Shown: positions 44,399 through 56,679, numbered from the stretch's first letter. The stretch is 64,000 nucleotides of DNA from Octopus vulgaris (GCA_951406725.2 OX597838.1:11532001-11596000); one strand, 5' to 3'. Made by a program: numbers and translations. Notes: generated by a model from the letters alone, not told the origin.

Positions 44399-44491
<93 letters not shown>

Positions 44492-45156
44492 TTGTGTGTC
44501 TGTGTTTGTCCCCCCAACATCGCTTGACAACCGATGTTGGTGTGTTTATGTCTCCGTAACTTAGCGGTTCGGCAAAAGAAACCGATAGAATAAGTACTGG
44601 GCTTACAAAGAATAAGTCCTGGGGTCGATTTGCTCGACTAAAGGCGGTGCTCCAGCATGGCCACAGTCAAATGACTGAAACAAGTAAAAGAGTAAAAGAG
44701 AGTATATAATAGTAATATTGGTTTCAAATTTCAGGGGAAGGGTTAAGTCGATTAGATCGACCCCAGTGCTCCACTGGTACCTATTTATCGACTCCGGAAG
44801 GATGAAAAGCAAAGTAGACCTCGGTGGAATTTGACATCAGAACGCAAAGACAGAGAAAAAGCCGTTAAGTATTTTGTCTGGTGTGCCTGCGAGTCTGTCA
44901 GCTTGCCGACTGTAATATAATAGCAATATTAACAGCGCTTCTAAGGCGGCGAACTAGCAGAATTACACGCACACACATATGTATACAGTATTATAGATCC
45001 ATTTCAGCCGATATACAAGTCACTTTCGCATACGAGTTAAGGGAGAACCTATAACGGCCTCTACTGACAAACATAAGAGTGCCTACTTTTTGTGACTTAC
45101 GAATTCTTAGGCAACTTACCCTTTGATATATGTATGCGTTTCTAAGAAGAATAAGA

Positions 45157-45226
<70 letters not shown>

Positions 45227-45280
45227 TATGTGTGGTGGGGGCGTGTATGTATTAATATATATATATACATACATGTATTA

Positions 45281-45325
<45 letters not shown>

Positions 45326-46209
45326 TATATACATATAAATTAGAGATAAAACCACTATTATGCAACTCAAACAGTGATAGACATTAACCAAAACATAAAT
45401 AACAAATATTACATATTTTTATAAAACATATAACTAGATCTCAAAAAGTATAAAAATGAATGATCAATATATAATAAGTAAAAAAAACTACGTCCGTTTC
45501 ATGGCTACAATTAAATTCGAATTACAATTAAGTTTAAATTCAATTGAAATAAATTCGATTGAAAATTATAGCCAATCTTCAGGTTAACGCTAACAGTTAA
45601 ATAAATAAGCAAATAGAGTTAAACAATATCTATTTTAAAAAATAAATATAATAATAATTTTTCTTATAGAATAAACACCATTAACTAAATTTGAAACTTA
45701 AAACATTAGGATTATTTCCTTCAACACATTCATTATGTTAAATATTTAATATTTAAGGTAAAAAAAAATAGAAAGAAATATGCATTTATCTATGAAGATA
45801 TAATTTGGCTTAAAAATAAATCTATCAAATATCTTTAACTCAGTTATACTCTAATATTTAATTACCAAATTATTTAACAAAATCATCACTATTAATTTTT
45901 TTTTTATTTAAGTTCGCATATAGTAAATATAAAATAATAAATGCATAAAAATAAGTATCTAAATTATAATCAACAAATATAGTAATTAAAAATCTAAAAT
46001 TATATATATATATATAATGGTTTCAAATTTTAGCACAAGGTCAGTAAGTTCGGGTGAAGGGGTAAATCGATTACTTCGACCCCAGTGCTCAACCTCGAAA
46101 GGATGAAAAGCAAAGATGACTTCGGTGAAATTTGAACTCAGAACGTAAAAGATGGACGAAAAGCCGCTAAGCATTATAGCCATCGTGCTAACGATTCTGC
46201 CAGCTGGCC

Positions 46210-46253
<44 letters not shown>

Positions 46254-46494
46254 CATCTCTGCAAGAAGTGCAAAAGATTGTCTTAACTGGTATATCACTC
46301 GTATTGAGAAGAGCATTGTCGATGTGAGAACTATTACTACCCATGTATTTTAATTTAACTTTAAAAAAAAATGAACGAACTAGTGAGTTTAGTTTAATGG
46401 CCTACCAATGTATACTATGAGTTTCTTTGCCCTAGGAGTCGGGAAGACACTCGGCAAGAAATGGAAGCAAATTTGAAAGAAGAAAAAAAAAAAA

Positions 46495-46571
<77 letters not shown>

Positions 46572-47015
46572 CATCTCTGCAAGAAGTGCAAAAGATTGTC
46601 TTAACTGGTATATCACTCGTATTGAGAAGAGCATTGTCGATGTGAGAACTATTACTACCCATGTATTTTAATTTAACTTTAAAAAAAAATGAACGAACTA
46701 GTGAGTTTAGTTTAATGGCCTACAAATGTATACTATGAGTTTCTTTGCCCTAGGAGTCGGGAAGACACTCGGCACAAATATAGAAACATTTCAAATGAAA
46801 TGAAATAAAATGAATTAAGAATTTTTGTCTAGCGATTGCAAATGCTTGCAGCTCTATCGAAGGGGAAAAGTTCAATAAACAAAGCATCAATTTCTTCATT
46901 TCTTCTGACTAACCTAATTATTTTTTTCCAATATACTATTCTGTAAACTAGTCAAAAAGTTAATTCATATACATACATATACTTACATATATACACACAC
47001 ACACACATACAAACA

Positions 47016-47064
<49 letters not shown>

Positions 47065-47651
47065 ATCACGTGACCGACCAGACCATCAGATGTAGTTACA
47101 CATCGCTGGTCACAATGCGTTCGCATTGTTTTAGCCTTCGAATGACGCCACCCCGCTGGCTAAGCGAGCAGGCCGACAGAAGAAAGAGTGGGAGAAAGAG
47201 TACAGCAGGGATCACCACCATCTCTGGCGGAGCCTCGTGGAGCTTTTAGGTGTTTTCGTTCAATAAACACTCACAACGCCCGGTCTGGGAATCGAAACCG
47301 CGATCCTGCGACCGCGAGTCCGCTGCCCTAACCACTGGGCCATTGCACCTCCACACACATATATGTGTGTGTGTGTAATGACTATTTACAAGCCAAGGCA
47401 TTCGGCCTCGGGTTGTAAATAGAAGACAAAATTTAGAGTGGTTTGTAGCGTATAAGCGTTGGCATTCCAGCACCTTAATTATAATTATATTTTCCATAAT
47501 TATATACTTAAGAACATAAACATATAAACACACACACACACACACACACACACATCATTTACAAACACATGTCAATGAATCGCAATGAAGTCAAGATCTT
47601 ACCTGCAAAAACAGATACCAATGATAACACGAGGAAACAGATGGAAATCAT
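37378..47651 (-). CDS. Secreted chymotrypsin-like S1 serine protease paralog C (complete, 254 aa, 6 exons)
   Basis: join(47603..47651,43981..44140,42045..42169,40097..40231,38389..38534,37378..37527)=765 nt, all GT-AG, same phases as [27 protein letters not shown]...TAAHC...ENDIGLL...IAGWG...[14 protein letters not shown]...ISHG...WIENIMN*. Intact triad; N-glycosylation sequons NYT and NQS. Confidence 0.95.
38389..38534 (-). CDS. Protease C exon 5
   Basis: [49 protein letters not shown]; cttttag/gtaata. Confidence 0.93.
38604..38997 (+). mobile_element. Non-autonomous Helitron-like element (protease C intron 4)
   Basis: a|TCTGTATATATAAA...GCAACGCAGGGCGATACTGCTAG|t. Confidence 0.75.
40097..40231 (-). 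CDS. Protease C exon 4 (Asp102)
   Basis: [45 protein letters not shown]; tttcag/gtaagt. Confidence 0.93.
41091..41419 (-). ncRNA. Three tandem minimal type I hammerhead ribozyme motifs (U3-A8 core variant)
   Basis: cua-UUGAAAA-g-GUUGC-aagac-GCAAC-GAAA-AU-UU-uag at 41091-41127, 41235-41271 and 41382-41419. Confidence 0.6.
41557..41976 (-). mobile_element. Solo LTR (Gypsy-like)
   Basis: TGTA...TACA termini, 4-bp TSD ATAT, AATAAA on the minus strand near 41675. Confidence 0.7.
42045..42169 (-). CDS. Protease C exon 3
   Basis: [41 protein letters not shown]; ctttag/gtaagc. Confidence 0.9.
42230..42900 (-). mobile_element. Old Tx1-like LINE 3' fragment
   Basis: [10 protein letters not shown]...RIADLW remnant similar to the zinc-finger region at 51.1 kb. 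Confidence 0.5.
43981..44140 (-). CDS. Protease C exon 2
   Basis: [53 protein letters not shown]; tacag/gtaagt. Confidence 0.94.
45486..45585 (-). ncRNA. Type I hammerhead motif (canonical C3-G8) in an AT-rich Penelope-like remnant
   Basis: aac-CUGAAGA-uuggcuauaauu...aauuguagccau-GAAAC-ggac-GUA-guu. Confidence 0.6.
46252..46775 (+). mobile_element. Two tandem 3' ends of an R4/Dong-like LINE embedded in (TAA)n
   Basis: Copies at 46252 and 46570 each begin after an (AAT)n tract; [25 protein letters not shown]-terminus plus 3' UTR. Confidence 0.7.
47603..47651 (-). CDS. Protease C exon 1 (signal peptide)
   Basis: [17 protein letters not shown]|gtaaga. Confidence 0.88.
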
Positions 47652-47731
47652 GTTTGGTGATAATTCTTTTTTTCCGACTTAACTGGTGTAGAAAAACAGT
47701 GATGACAAAAAAGAACGTGTTGCATTTTGCT

Positions 47732-47739
47732 CTTTTATA
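47732..47739 (-). promoter_or_regulatory. TATA box of protease C
   Basis: TATAAAAG about 80 nt upstream of the ATG. Confidence 0.5.
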
Positions 47740-47889
47740 GTGGTCCACGCTTGTTTGTGTGCTGAATGGAAATAATGGGACGACAGACTGGACAAAGGAA
47801 TGTAGGTCGTGCAAACTTACACATACGTATATACATACACATCTTATACACCTATGTAGACAGACAAACTTATACACACACACGTGTGC

Positions 47890-47980
<91 letters not shown>

Positions 47981-48008
47981 AGTTATATATATATATATAC
48001 ACACACAA

Positions 48009-48057
<49 letters not shown>

Positions 48058-48096
48058 TATATACATATATATATATACATATATATATATACATAC

Positions 48097-48143
<47 letters not shown>

Positions 48144-48210
48144 CCAGGTGGTGCTATTAAGTTAGACATGGCCTGGGCCAATAATGGCCGAAACCTATCA
48201 AAGTATCAAA

Positions 48211-48283
<73 letters not shown>

Positions 48284-48818
48284 AGTGTATTTAAGAATAT
48301 ATACGTATATACATATATATGTGTATGTTCATATGGGTGTATACAAATTCTTCAATGAAAAGAAAAGATGCTCAGAAGAAAACGTCTGACAGTGAATGGA
48401 CGACTGTGAAAAAGAAATAGAAAGAAACCACATCATGCCCACACAGGCTCTAGTCCCTACCCCGTCCCCACAGACACTGATCCCCACCCCGTCCCCACAG
48501 ACCCCACTCCCCTCCCTACCACACCACACACTATTCCCATCCCTCCCCCACAGAAAAATCCACACAGGCAAGCTTACATAATACCCAAACTCCCCAACCC
48601 TCCCCACTAAAAAAAACCAGGTCTTATTATGGCATAGAACACCAGAAATGCTGAGCTGAGAAAAGAAGTGTATCAGCTAAAAACATTTGAACATCCCCCA
48701 AACAAGTGTGCACCAGAAAACATTAAATCTGTATTCATCTATCGCGAACTGCATTATAAGCTAAAGACGTTATTCCCCGGAATACGTAGGTCCTCTGAGG
48801 AAACAATTTATACAATCA

Positions 48819-49191
48819 CTAGCAGTATCGCCCGGCGTTGCTCGGGTTTGTAAGGGAAATAACTATAAAGCATTTTTAGAGAGTTATAGCCAAAAAATGG
48901 GAAAAAAATGATGGTAAATTTTTTTTAGTTAAAAAGGTCGAGTTGCGTCCCCTAGACAGTCTGTGGTTTGTGTTTCTGATTCTCGACCCCATGTCGAATT
49001 TATCGACTTTTTTCAGAACTGGGGGAACTTTTCAAAATTTTCGCTGCGTTAGTTTTGAATTATGGCATTGGGCTATGTGTGTGTCAAGTTTCATCAGAAT
49101 CGGTTGAAAGCCCTGGTCAGGGTGAGGGTACAACCTAACAGACACACAGAAACACACACAGACAAACTGCCGTTTATATATAGAGAGAAGA
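48819..49191 (-). mobile_element. Non-autonomous Helitron-like element
   Basis: a|TCTTCTCTCTATATATAAA...CCGAGCAACGCCGGGCGATACTGCTAG|t; a 5' partial relative starts at 29142. Confidence 0.75.
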
Positions 49192-49339
49192 TTATACTAC
49201 GGAGATGTACCTGCATAGCAAGTGATTTGATCTGAGATCGTGTGCTGAAACGAAAACAATTGCAGCGTGGAAGGTGTTTGTAAGCCATATAAGAAATACA
49301 CAAAAGCCGTTCGATTCACTTCAACATTTAAGTTTAATT

Positions 49340-49385
49340 TGTCAAAATATTTTCGTCGCTTTAAGACCGCAACCTGTTCACTGAA
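49340..49385 (-). ncRNA. Minimal hammerhead motif (G3-C8 core variant)
   Basis: uca-GUGAACA-g-GUUGC-ggucuuaaa-GCGAC-GAAAA-UA-UUU-uga. Confidence 0.55.
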
Positions 49386-49429
49386 GTGGCTACTCATTCA
49401 TTGAAGTGGCTCCACAAATCACGGACGAA

Positions 49430-51760
49430 GAAGAGGGTTCAACCCTCTTCCATTAAGGTGAGATTTCTTTTCTCTCTTAAAGTAGGATGTATTAATGTAC
49501 GCAGCCTGGAGTCAAATTGGAAGCAAGGTTGCCTCCGTAATGACCTCAGGTCGCATAGGTTGGATCTAATTGTCACTACAGAAACCAGGACTGAGTGGAC
49601 TGCGGGATTTTGTACTCCTCCTAAATGGCTAGGAGAAATTTATTTCTTCATGCCAACTTGGAGCGGGGTGCAAGCGTCGCAGTTCTACTCAGGAAGGATT
49701 TGAAACTTCATTTAAGAACAATCTTTGTTGACCCAGAAGGCAGGTTGGTCGTCCTTGATGTGACGCACAGCAGTGGTAAGACCTTCAGGCTGGTGGCTGT
49801 CTATGCTCCTTGTGGAGCGGAGCAGTCTGACTATTTCAGAGGCCTAGAGAATATTCTAGGAATGTCGCACACTTAAGTGGTGGTAGGAGACTTTTAACTC
49901 AATTTGCGATGCACGCGTAGATTGTGTTGGCTCGAATCCCAATAGGAACAGGAGAGGAAACACTTGCCTCAGCGATCTGTTCAGTCGCTTTCAGCTGGCA
50001 GATCGATACAGACTAGTATTCCCGGATGCTCCTGTGTGGACCTGGACTAATGGCGATGAGTCTTCTAAATCTTACTTAGACAGGACTATAGTTAGGATTA
50101 AAGACAAAGACTTCGTCAGGTGTCCACAATTCCACTACGTCAGCTACAGTGATCGCAAATTTGTGACCTGTAGACTTGACTTAGATAAGTTATGTAGACA
50201 AGGTCCCGGCTACTGGAAACCTAATAAGTCACTTTTGGCTTATAAGGAGTACAGGAGACGGATTTGGCGTTAATTGGATCCGTTAACAACAGTAAATGGT
50301 GGTACGCCCTCAAAAGAGCCATCAAGTTTTAGGGGCGATGCCATCCAACAGTGCCGTGGGACGTTAGAGGGACGGTCCTGTGAAATGCTAGGGGTTTTGT
50401 TTGGTCCAGACCTCCAGCGAGAGAAGAACTGGAGTGAGGTTACGAGCTGTGTGACTCACGTAACCCAGACCTGGTCTGGGCGGTAGTTATCCCTGAAAGG
50501 GAGGGCGGGGGTCGTCAATGTGTTTATCGTATCGGTGATCACTTACTGCCTAAGCGCCGTGCATTGCCCCGATTCGTAGCTAAATACGTTGGAACGCTTG
50601 CCCTTCAGCGTTTTGTGGAAGGGCAAAGGACCTCTTGCAAGGCGCTCTATCTGCTGCCAACAACCACTAAAGGGTGGGCTAGGGATACCGTGGCTAATGA
50701 CGCGCAGGCATGCGCTGAGGCTGAGACATCTAAGGCTCTACCTGGATGGCGAGCAGGTGTGGTCTCCGTTCGTCAAACTGACACTTCCTCGGTTCACTAG
50801 TTTCGGTGAACTGGAGTCGTGTATTAAGCATAGACTAAAGTTGGGATCGTGGCAGGCCGAGTGTCGTCAGGCACACACGCTTCTTTCCAGGACGGGTAAT
50901 GCCGATGACGGGTATCCACCTCGTCATTCTCTAGAGGGTGAGTAGAGGCCAAGTCTGACGACGCTCTAGGGGAAGGCATGGGCTTCGATGATGGTCAACT
51001 TGCCGGCCTGTTCCGAAGAACGTTTGGGCCAGGGTTTATGGATAACTTCCAAAAGTCCCTGGCTCGGCAATGTTACCGAGGAGCCTTATCAGATCGAGTT
51101 AAACTCTCCAGGCACGGCTCTCCTCGCTCTCCCACTTGCTCAAGATGCGAGCCAAGCAGTGAAGCTGTTCTGCACGCGATTGTGCAATGTCCGAAAATTT
51201 CGGAATTGTGGATTTATGTCGATAAACTGTTGTTACTTTTGGGAAGAGTACAACTGTCTTCCGACTCAATAATAAAGATTGTTCCACCGCCCTCCCTGAA
51301 CAGCGAAAGGGAGGTCTGTTTTCTCTCTTTAGTGGCTGTGGCAAACGAGGTTGTGTGGAGAACACGCATGAAAGGAGTAGTCACAGGCGTCCTTAAATCC
51401 TTAAAAATGTTTTAGCCCGAAGGCCGCGGCCATGCTGGGATCTCTAGCCTTGCTTTGGTAAAGCTTTTTGGTTTCCACCTTAAAAGGATAATAATGTTGG
51501 AGAGGAGATGCTTGTCGCTCAGTATATATGGAAAAAGATGGAAGAAAGTGACAAGCACGTGGAGAGTGGATGTACCTGCTTACGGGAGAGTAAAAAAGAC
51601 CATAATGGGTTCAGTGGTGGAACTTGTTTGTGGGGTCACACCCATCCCCCACTTCATCATTATCATTCGTTTTATATTATCATTAATTTTAAACTTCGTT
51701 CATCAATCATTTGCGAATCCCACCCCGACCCCTTGTCTGTCCCCCTTCTTTGTATAACCT
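49430..51760 (+). mobile_element. Tx1/L1-like LINE with APE endonuclease and C-terminal zinc finger, RT core deleted
   Basis: CINVRSL, VYAP, GDFN, WTW...YLDR, GYWK motifs; then LSLKGR and CSRC...HAIVQC; no YADD region between them. Confidence 0.85.
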
Positions 51761-52847
51761 TAATGCAGTGGTTTTCAACCAGGGTTCCGCCAGTACAGTC
51801 TAGGGGTTCCGCAAGAAGTTACAAAAGTGCTAAAATCGACAGTAATTTTTAATTCTCCTGTGCAGATTTGTGTGCATAAGACTATTAAATTATTGCACAG
51901 GGGTTCCTCGAGCCAGCGGAATGTTTCCTTGGGGTTCCGCTCCAGTAAAAAGTTTGAAAAGCAATGTTACCGAGGAGCCTTATCAGATCGAGATAAACTC
52001 GCTAGGCACGGCTCTCCTCGCTCTCCCACTTGCTCAAGATGCGAGCCAAGCAGTGAAGCTGTTCTGCACACGATTGTGCAATGTCCGAATTTAATGTAAT
52101 AAAAAATCAATTCGCAATTTGTCCGACTGTCGCTATTATTGGATTTTTTGTTTGTACAACTTTTTATTATTGTTGGATTTTTATTGTTGAACTTCTTGCA
52201 GTTATCGTGTTTTTGAGACACTTTGTTTTACTGCTGCCTTGTGGCAGAACTGTTAGCGTTTTCCCCCTTGTTTGAAGGAGGAGGAGAGATAAATGAGTGG
52301 GGATAGAACAAGACCAGTCAGCTCGGAAGAACAGAAGCTGTTGTTATAGGTGTAGTAAAGGTAGGGTGGAGGCACAATGGCCCAGTGGTTAGGGCAGCGG
52401 ACTCGCGGTCGTAGGATCGCGGTTTCGATTCCCAGACCGGGCGTTGTGAGTGTTTATTGAGAGAAAACACCTAAAAAAGCTCCACGAGGCTCCGGCAGGG
52501 GATGGTGGTGATCCCTGCAGTACTCTTTCACCACAACTTTCTCTCACTCTTACTTCCCGTTTCTGTTGTACCTGCATTTCAAAAGGGCCGGCCTTGTCAC
52601 TCTCTGTGTCACGCTGAATATCCCCGAGAACTACGTTAAGGGTACACGTGTCTGTGGAGTGCTCAGCCACTTACACGTTAATTTCACGAGCAGGCTGTTC
52701 CGTTGATTCGGATCAACCGGAACCCTCGTCGTCGTCGTAACCGACGGAGTGCTTCCCCCCAAGTAAAGGTAGGTGAGGAAACAACACTATGAGCCGGGCG
52801 ACCAACTGACATGAATCAGTCGGGATTCGCATTTTTGGTCGTTGTTG

Positions 52848-52879
<32 letters not shown>

Positions 52880-54179
52880 GGTATTGATATTTAGAAACTT
52901 TAACCAGAAAATTTTATTTAAAACGAGGAACAAATAACAAAATGGTAACAAAATGGAAAATTCAGCGACTTATACAATTTGTATGTCTGGTGGAACCTTT
53001 TAAAGTATTCTCGTGATCAGGAGCTGACGCCATATTTTCTACATTGTTTCATAATCAAGAGCGAGTTGCCATGGTCTCTGCAGTGCTTCGTGATCAACAG
53101 ATGGCTACCGTAGTCTCTTACAGTAGTTTTGTAATCAGAAGCTGGTTATTATAATTTCACGGTTCATTACTGTACTGTACTGTACTCTTTACTGTGTTAT
53201 TGTTATCAAGAGTCGGGTGTTATAGTCTCCATAGTATTCTGTGATCAGAAGCCGGATTTTTCAGAAACGCTGTGCATATAATCTTCTGTACGTGACACGT
53301 GTTTTATTCAAAGCTTCTGTTAAATTACGTAAATTTAAATTTGCGATACGCATAAAGAAACCTTATGAGTATCATGACAACGACCAGAGTGGATCTGAAA
53401 GAAGGAAACGGTATTATTGATAAATGATACTAATCATTATAGCAATAAAGGGATACAAGTAATTAAATGTTATGCACTTAGTAACAACGATTCAAGCATT
53501 CAATCAATAACCAGGAGGAACATGGAGACATTTCTCTAATCTTCTCAAATCTCTTGTAAAAGATTAATGAAATAAGCAACCTGTTACTTTTGAAGTTAGA
53601 AACCTTGCAGGGCGGCTTATATTGCAATCGGGTTCTTTCAGTACAGGAGACTCGATGTTGGCAGTCCAACGAGGTATATTCAAGAGCTGGGCTTGATTGT
53701 TGGTGGCGATGTAGTGGTCACATCACCTCATAAGGAAGGTGAATGATTTAGTGCATCCGTTTTTATCGAAGCTGTGAGAGCTTTTGGTAACTGAATTGTG
53801 CACTGTAATTATTGGGGTTTGTTGAGGTGGTATATAATGTAGATGTTATTAATATTAGTTGCATTACATAGTGTAAAGAGGTTCAATGGCGAGCGATGGA
53901 TTTGATTTGTGAGTATTACAGGGGAATTTTCTGTTTCGCAGAGTGATTCTGGTAACAAAGTGTACTGATGGATGTCTTTAACTTCGATTACGATAACACT
54001 CTTACTCCTTTGCATGATCTGTTGCTAGCTTGGTTTTAGATAGAGGTGTACTCTCCGACAGTCAATGGATGGAGTCGTCTAGTGCCCTGACCATCGTTCA
54101 GAATTTTTCGTGTATCTATTGAAAAGAGACTCTTGAAAAAGTGCTAGTTGGTAGGACAAAGATCTGGGGAATAAGCTGG

Positions 54180-55110
54180 GTGGGGAAGAAGTTCGTAGCC
54201 AAGTTCCCTCAGCTTCTGGAACGTCATTAGTGAAACGTGTGGTCGAGCATTATCATGAAGAATGATTGGTCCTCTTCTGTTGACCAGTCTGGGACAGAGG
54301 AGTAGCAGTTTTTCGTTCATTTTGGCAATTTCATGGCAAAATGTTTCTTCAATAATGATTTTTCCGGATTATAAGAAGTTACAGTCGATGAATCCAGAAG
54401 TACACCACCAAACATTAACCATGACGTTCATTTTGAAGAGCTCGGATTTAAGGCAGGTTCTTTTATTATTGTACAGAATCCACTTTTCATCACATGTTAC
54501 AATACAGTCAAGAAATGGATCGGTCTGGTTACGGAGAAGAAGCGACGAGCAAATTTCATATCTGCGCATTTTCTGATTTTCATTCAAATCGTATGGTACC
54601 CAATTGTTGAGCTTTTTTTCATTTTTCGATCGCATGCAAATGGTTGCAGGCAGTTTTCTGGCTAACTTGAAGTTCTTTTGCCAGTTCCCGTGTGGTTTTA
54701 CGTGGATCGATGACAGTTGGGTGCCCACTACGCTCACGATCTTCAAGGCTCACGTCTCCACTGTGAAATCGTTTAAACCATTTTCGAGCTGACCACTCAC
54801 TGGTCATTTCCTCACCAAACGTTTCGTTGATACCGCGAGCAGTTTCAGCTGCTTTACGTCCTTTGTTGAAGTTGAATAGCAAAATTGCTCGAATATCGCG
54901 CTCTGACAGTTCCATTTTAGATGATTGTAACAACAGAGAAAAATAATATCAATATTAATTTGTTGATGCATTTGGGTAAGTCTATGTCAGTATCATCAGA
55001 CAATTGCAAAAAAAAATGTTTAAAAAAATTCAAAATTCTGCAAAAATCTTCATGGTTCAAAAAATTCTTCATGGTTCAAAATGTTGCTTACTTTTTACTC
55101 AACCTGGTAT
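54180..55110 (-). mobile_element. Mariner transposon remnant (frameshifted transposase)
   Basis: HTH N-terminus MELSERDIRAILLFNF...WFKRF, WVPYDL, IVTCDEKWILY, LHDNARP; TIR-like end at about 55090-55109. Confidence 0.88.
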
Positions 55111-55279
55111 TAAGGAGAAAAGCTGAAAGTGAGGATCGGGATGGGGGTGGGGGTGAATTTCTCGAAATAAGTGTATCAGAGTAAACCAGGACGTTTTTGG
55201 CGAAAAGTGTGTTCAATTGGCCTTATTGAATACAAGATGAAAGAACATAGAATCAGATGTTGTTGGATGGAAGAAATAC

Positions 55280-55341
<62 letters not shown>

Positions 55342-55348
55342 GACAGAC

Positions 55349-55383
<35 letters not shown>

Positions 55384-55796
55384 GAGAGAGAGAGAAAGAA
55401 AGAAAGAAAGAAAGAAAGAGAGGGACTACTCCATGTAGACCTCAGAATGGGTCCAACCACTCAGTCGAAAATTCTTATTTAAAAATTTATGTCATATATT
55501 TCTTTATTGCCCACAAGGGGCTAAACACAGAGGAGACAAACAAAGGGATTAAGTCAACTACATCGACCCCAGTGCGTAACTGGTACTTAATTTATCGACC
55601 CCGAAAGGATGAAAGGCAAAGTCGACCCTCGACGGAATTTGAACTCAGAACGTAGCGACAGACGAAATACTGCTGAGCATTTCGCCCGGCGTGCTAACGC
55701 TTCTGCCCGCTCGCCGCCAGTTGTAAGTGTAGTGCTTTTATGTGGGAGATGACTGCTGGTGTGTGCGTGTACTGTAATGTAATTCGTATATAATAT

Positions 55797-56318
55797 TCAA
55801 TACTTAACCTCCTCGCCTAGATCTATCTCCTCAATGCCTTCCTCGTTAATATTGCCAGTCCAATCACCAAACATACATCCAATTTCTTTGCGAATCTTAG
55901 GGATTTTCACATTGCCATCATCATCGTTATTATCATTACCACAATTGTCTGGCTTCCATATGTCCATCGTTACAAATTGAACCACTTCTTGGCCTACTGA
56001 AGGAAGAAGATGTTTTGAGTCTGATATAGACACGGCTTTTACGTTTGGATCGTGAATGGATTTTGTGTCTTCCGAAGTAACAGATTCTGAAGTTGCACTA
56101 CAGACGATTTCTTGATCTGAAATCTGAATAATCTTCAAAACAGTTTCTGAGTTTGAACGTGTAGGAATATTTACGTATGGTTCAGAGAATACATTTAGGT
56201 CTGTATAAGAAATACTATCTTCCTCCGATTCGTAGGTTTTCAGGGTGCAACACCACATCAAAAAATCGATGAAAGATCGTTCGATAAAGCTGGGGAATTT
56301 TTTAACATTGGGTGGCAT
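55797..56318 (-). CDS. Orphan acidic ORF, 173 aa from MPPNVKK (or a terminal exon starting at acceptor 56341)
   Basis: Only long non-repetitive, non-transposon ORF in the window; in-frame tgtttgcag acceptor just upstream; no domain recognised. Confidence 0.45.
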   Translation of the reverse strand: MPPNVKKFPSFIERSFIDFLMWCCTLKTYESEEDSISYTDLNVFSEPYVNIPTRSNSETVLKIIQISDQEIVCSATSESVTSEDTKSIHDPNVKAVSISDSKHLLPSVGQEVVQFVTMDIWKPDNCGNDNNDDDGNVKIPKIRKEIGCMFGDWTGNINEEGIEEIDLGEEVKY

Positions 56319-56679
56319 TTTCCAAGCAAAAACTAAAACAGCTGCAAACACACATGCACTCACACAAGCACGCGCACTCGCACACGCGCACTCATACGCA
56401 CACACACACGCGCGCACAAATACGCAGAAATAAACCAATACAAAGATTGAGCAGAAGCAAGTAGAAACTGAATTAATTCTACAAGATAAATATATGAATT
56501 ATTTTAAGACGATAAAGGAATAAGTTAAATAATATCAATAAGAATTCTGTTTGAAAGAAGACAAAATAGAAGAGCGTGAAAACGTTCAAGTCATCCATTG
56601 ATACGTCAAGTCTCCCTTGTTGGTTATGACGTATTTTTGACAAATACATTCGAGCTTTGGTGTTGGAGAAGACTTTTAC

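Noticed and set aside
53430-54170. Host gene exons (also 31130-31520 and 32040-32480)
   Set aside because: Multiple stops in all frames and no splice pattern; probably old retroelement debris that I cannot classify.
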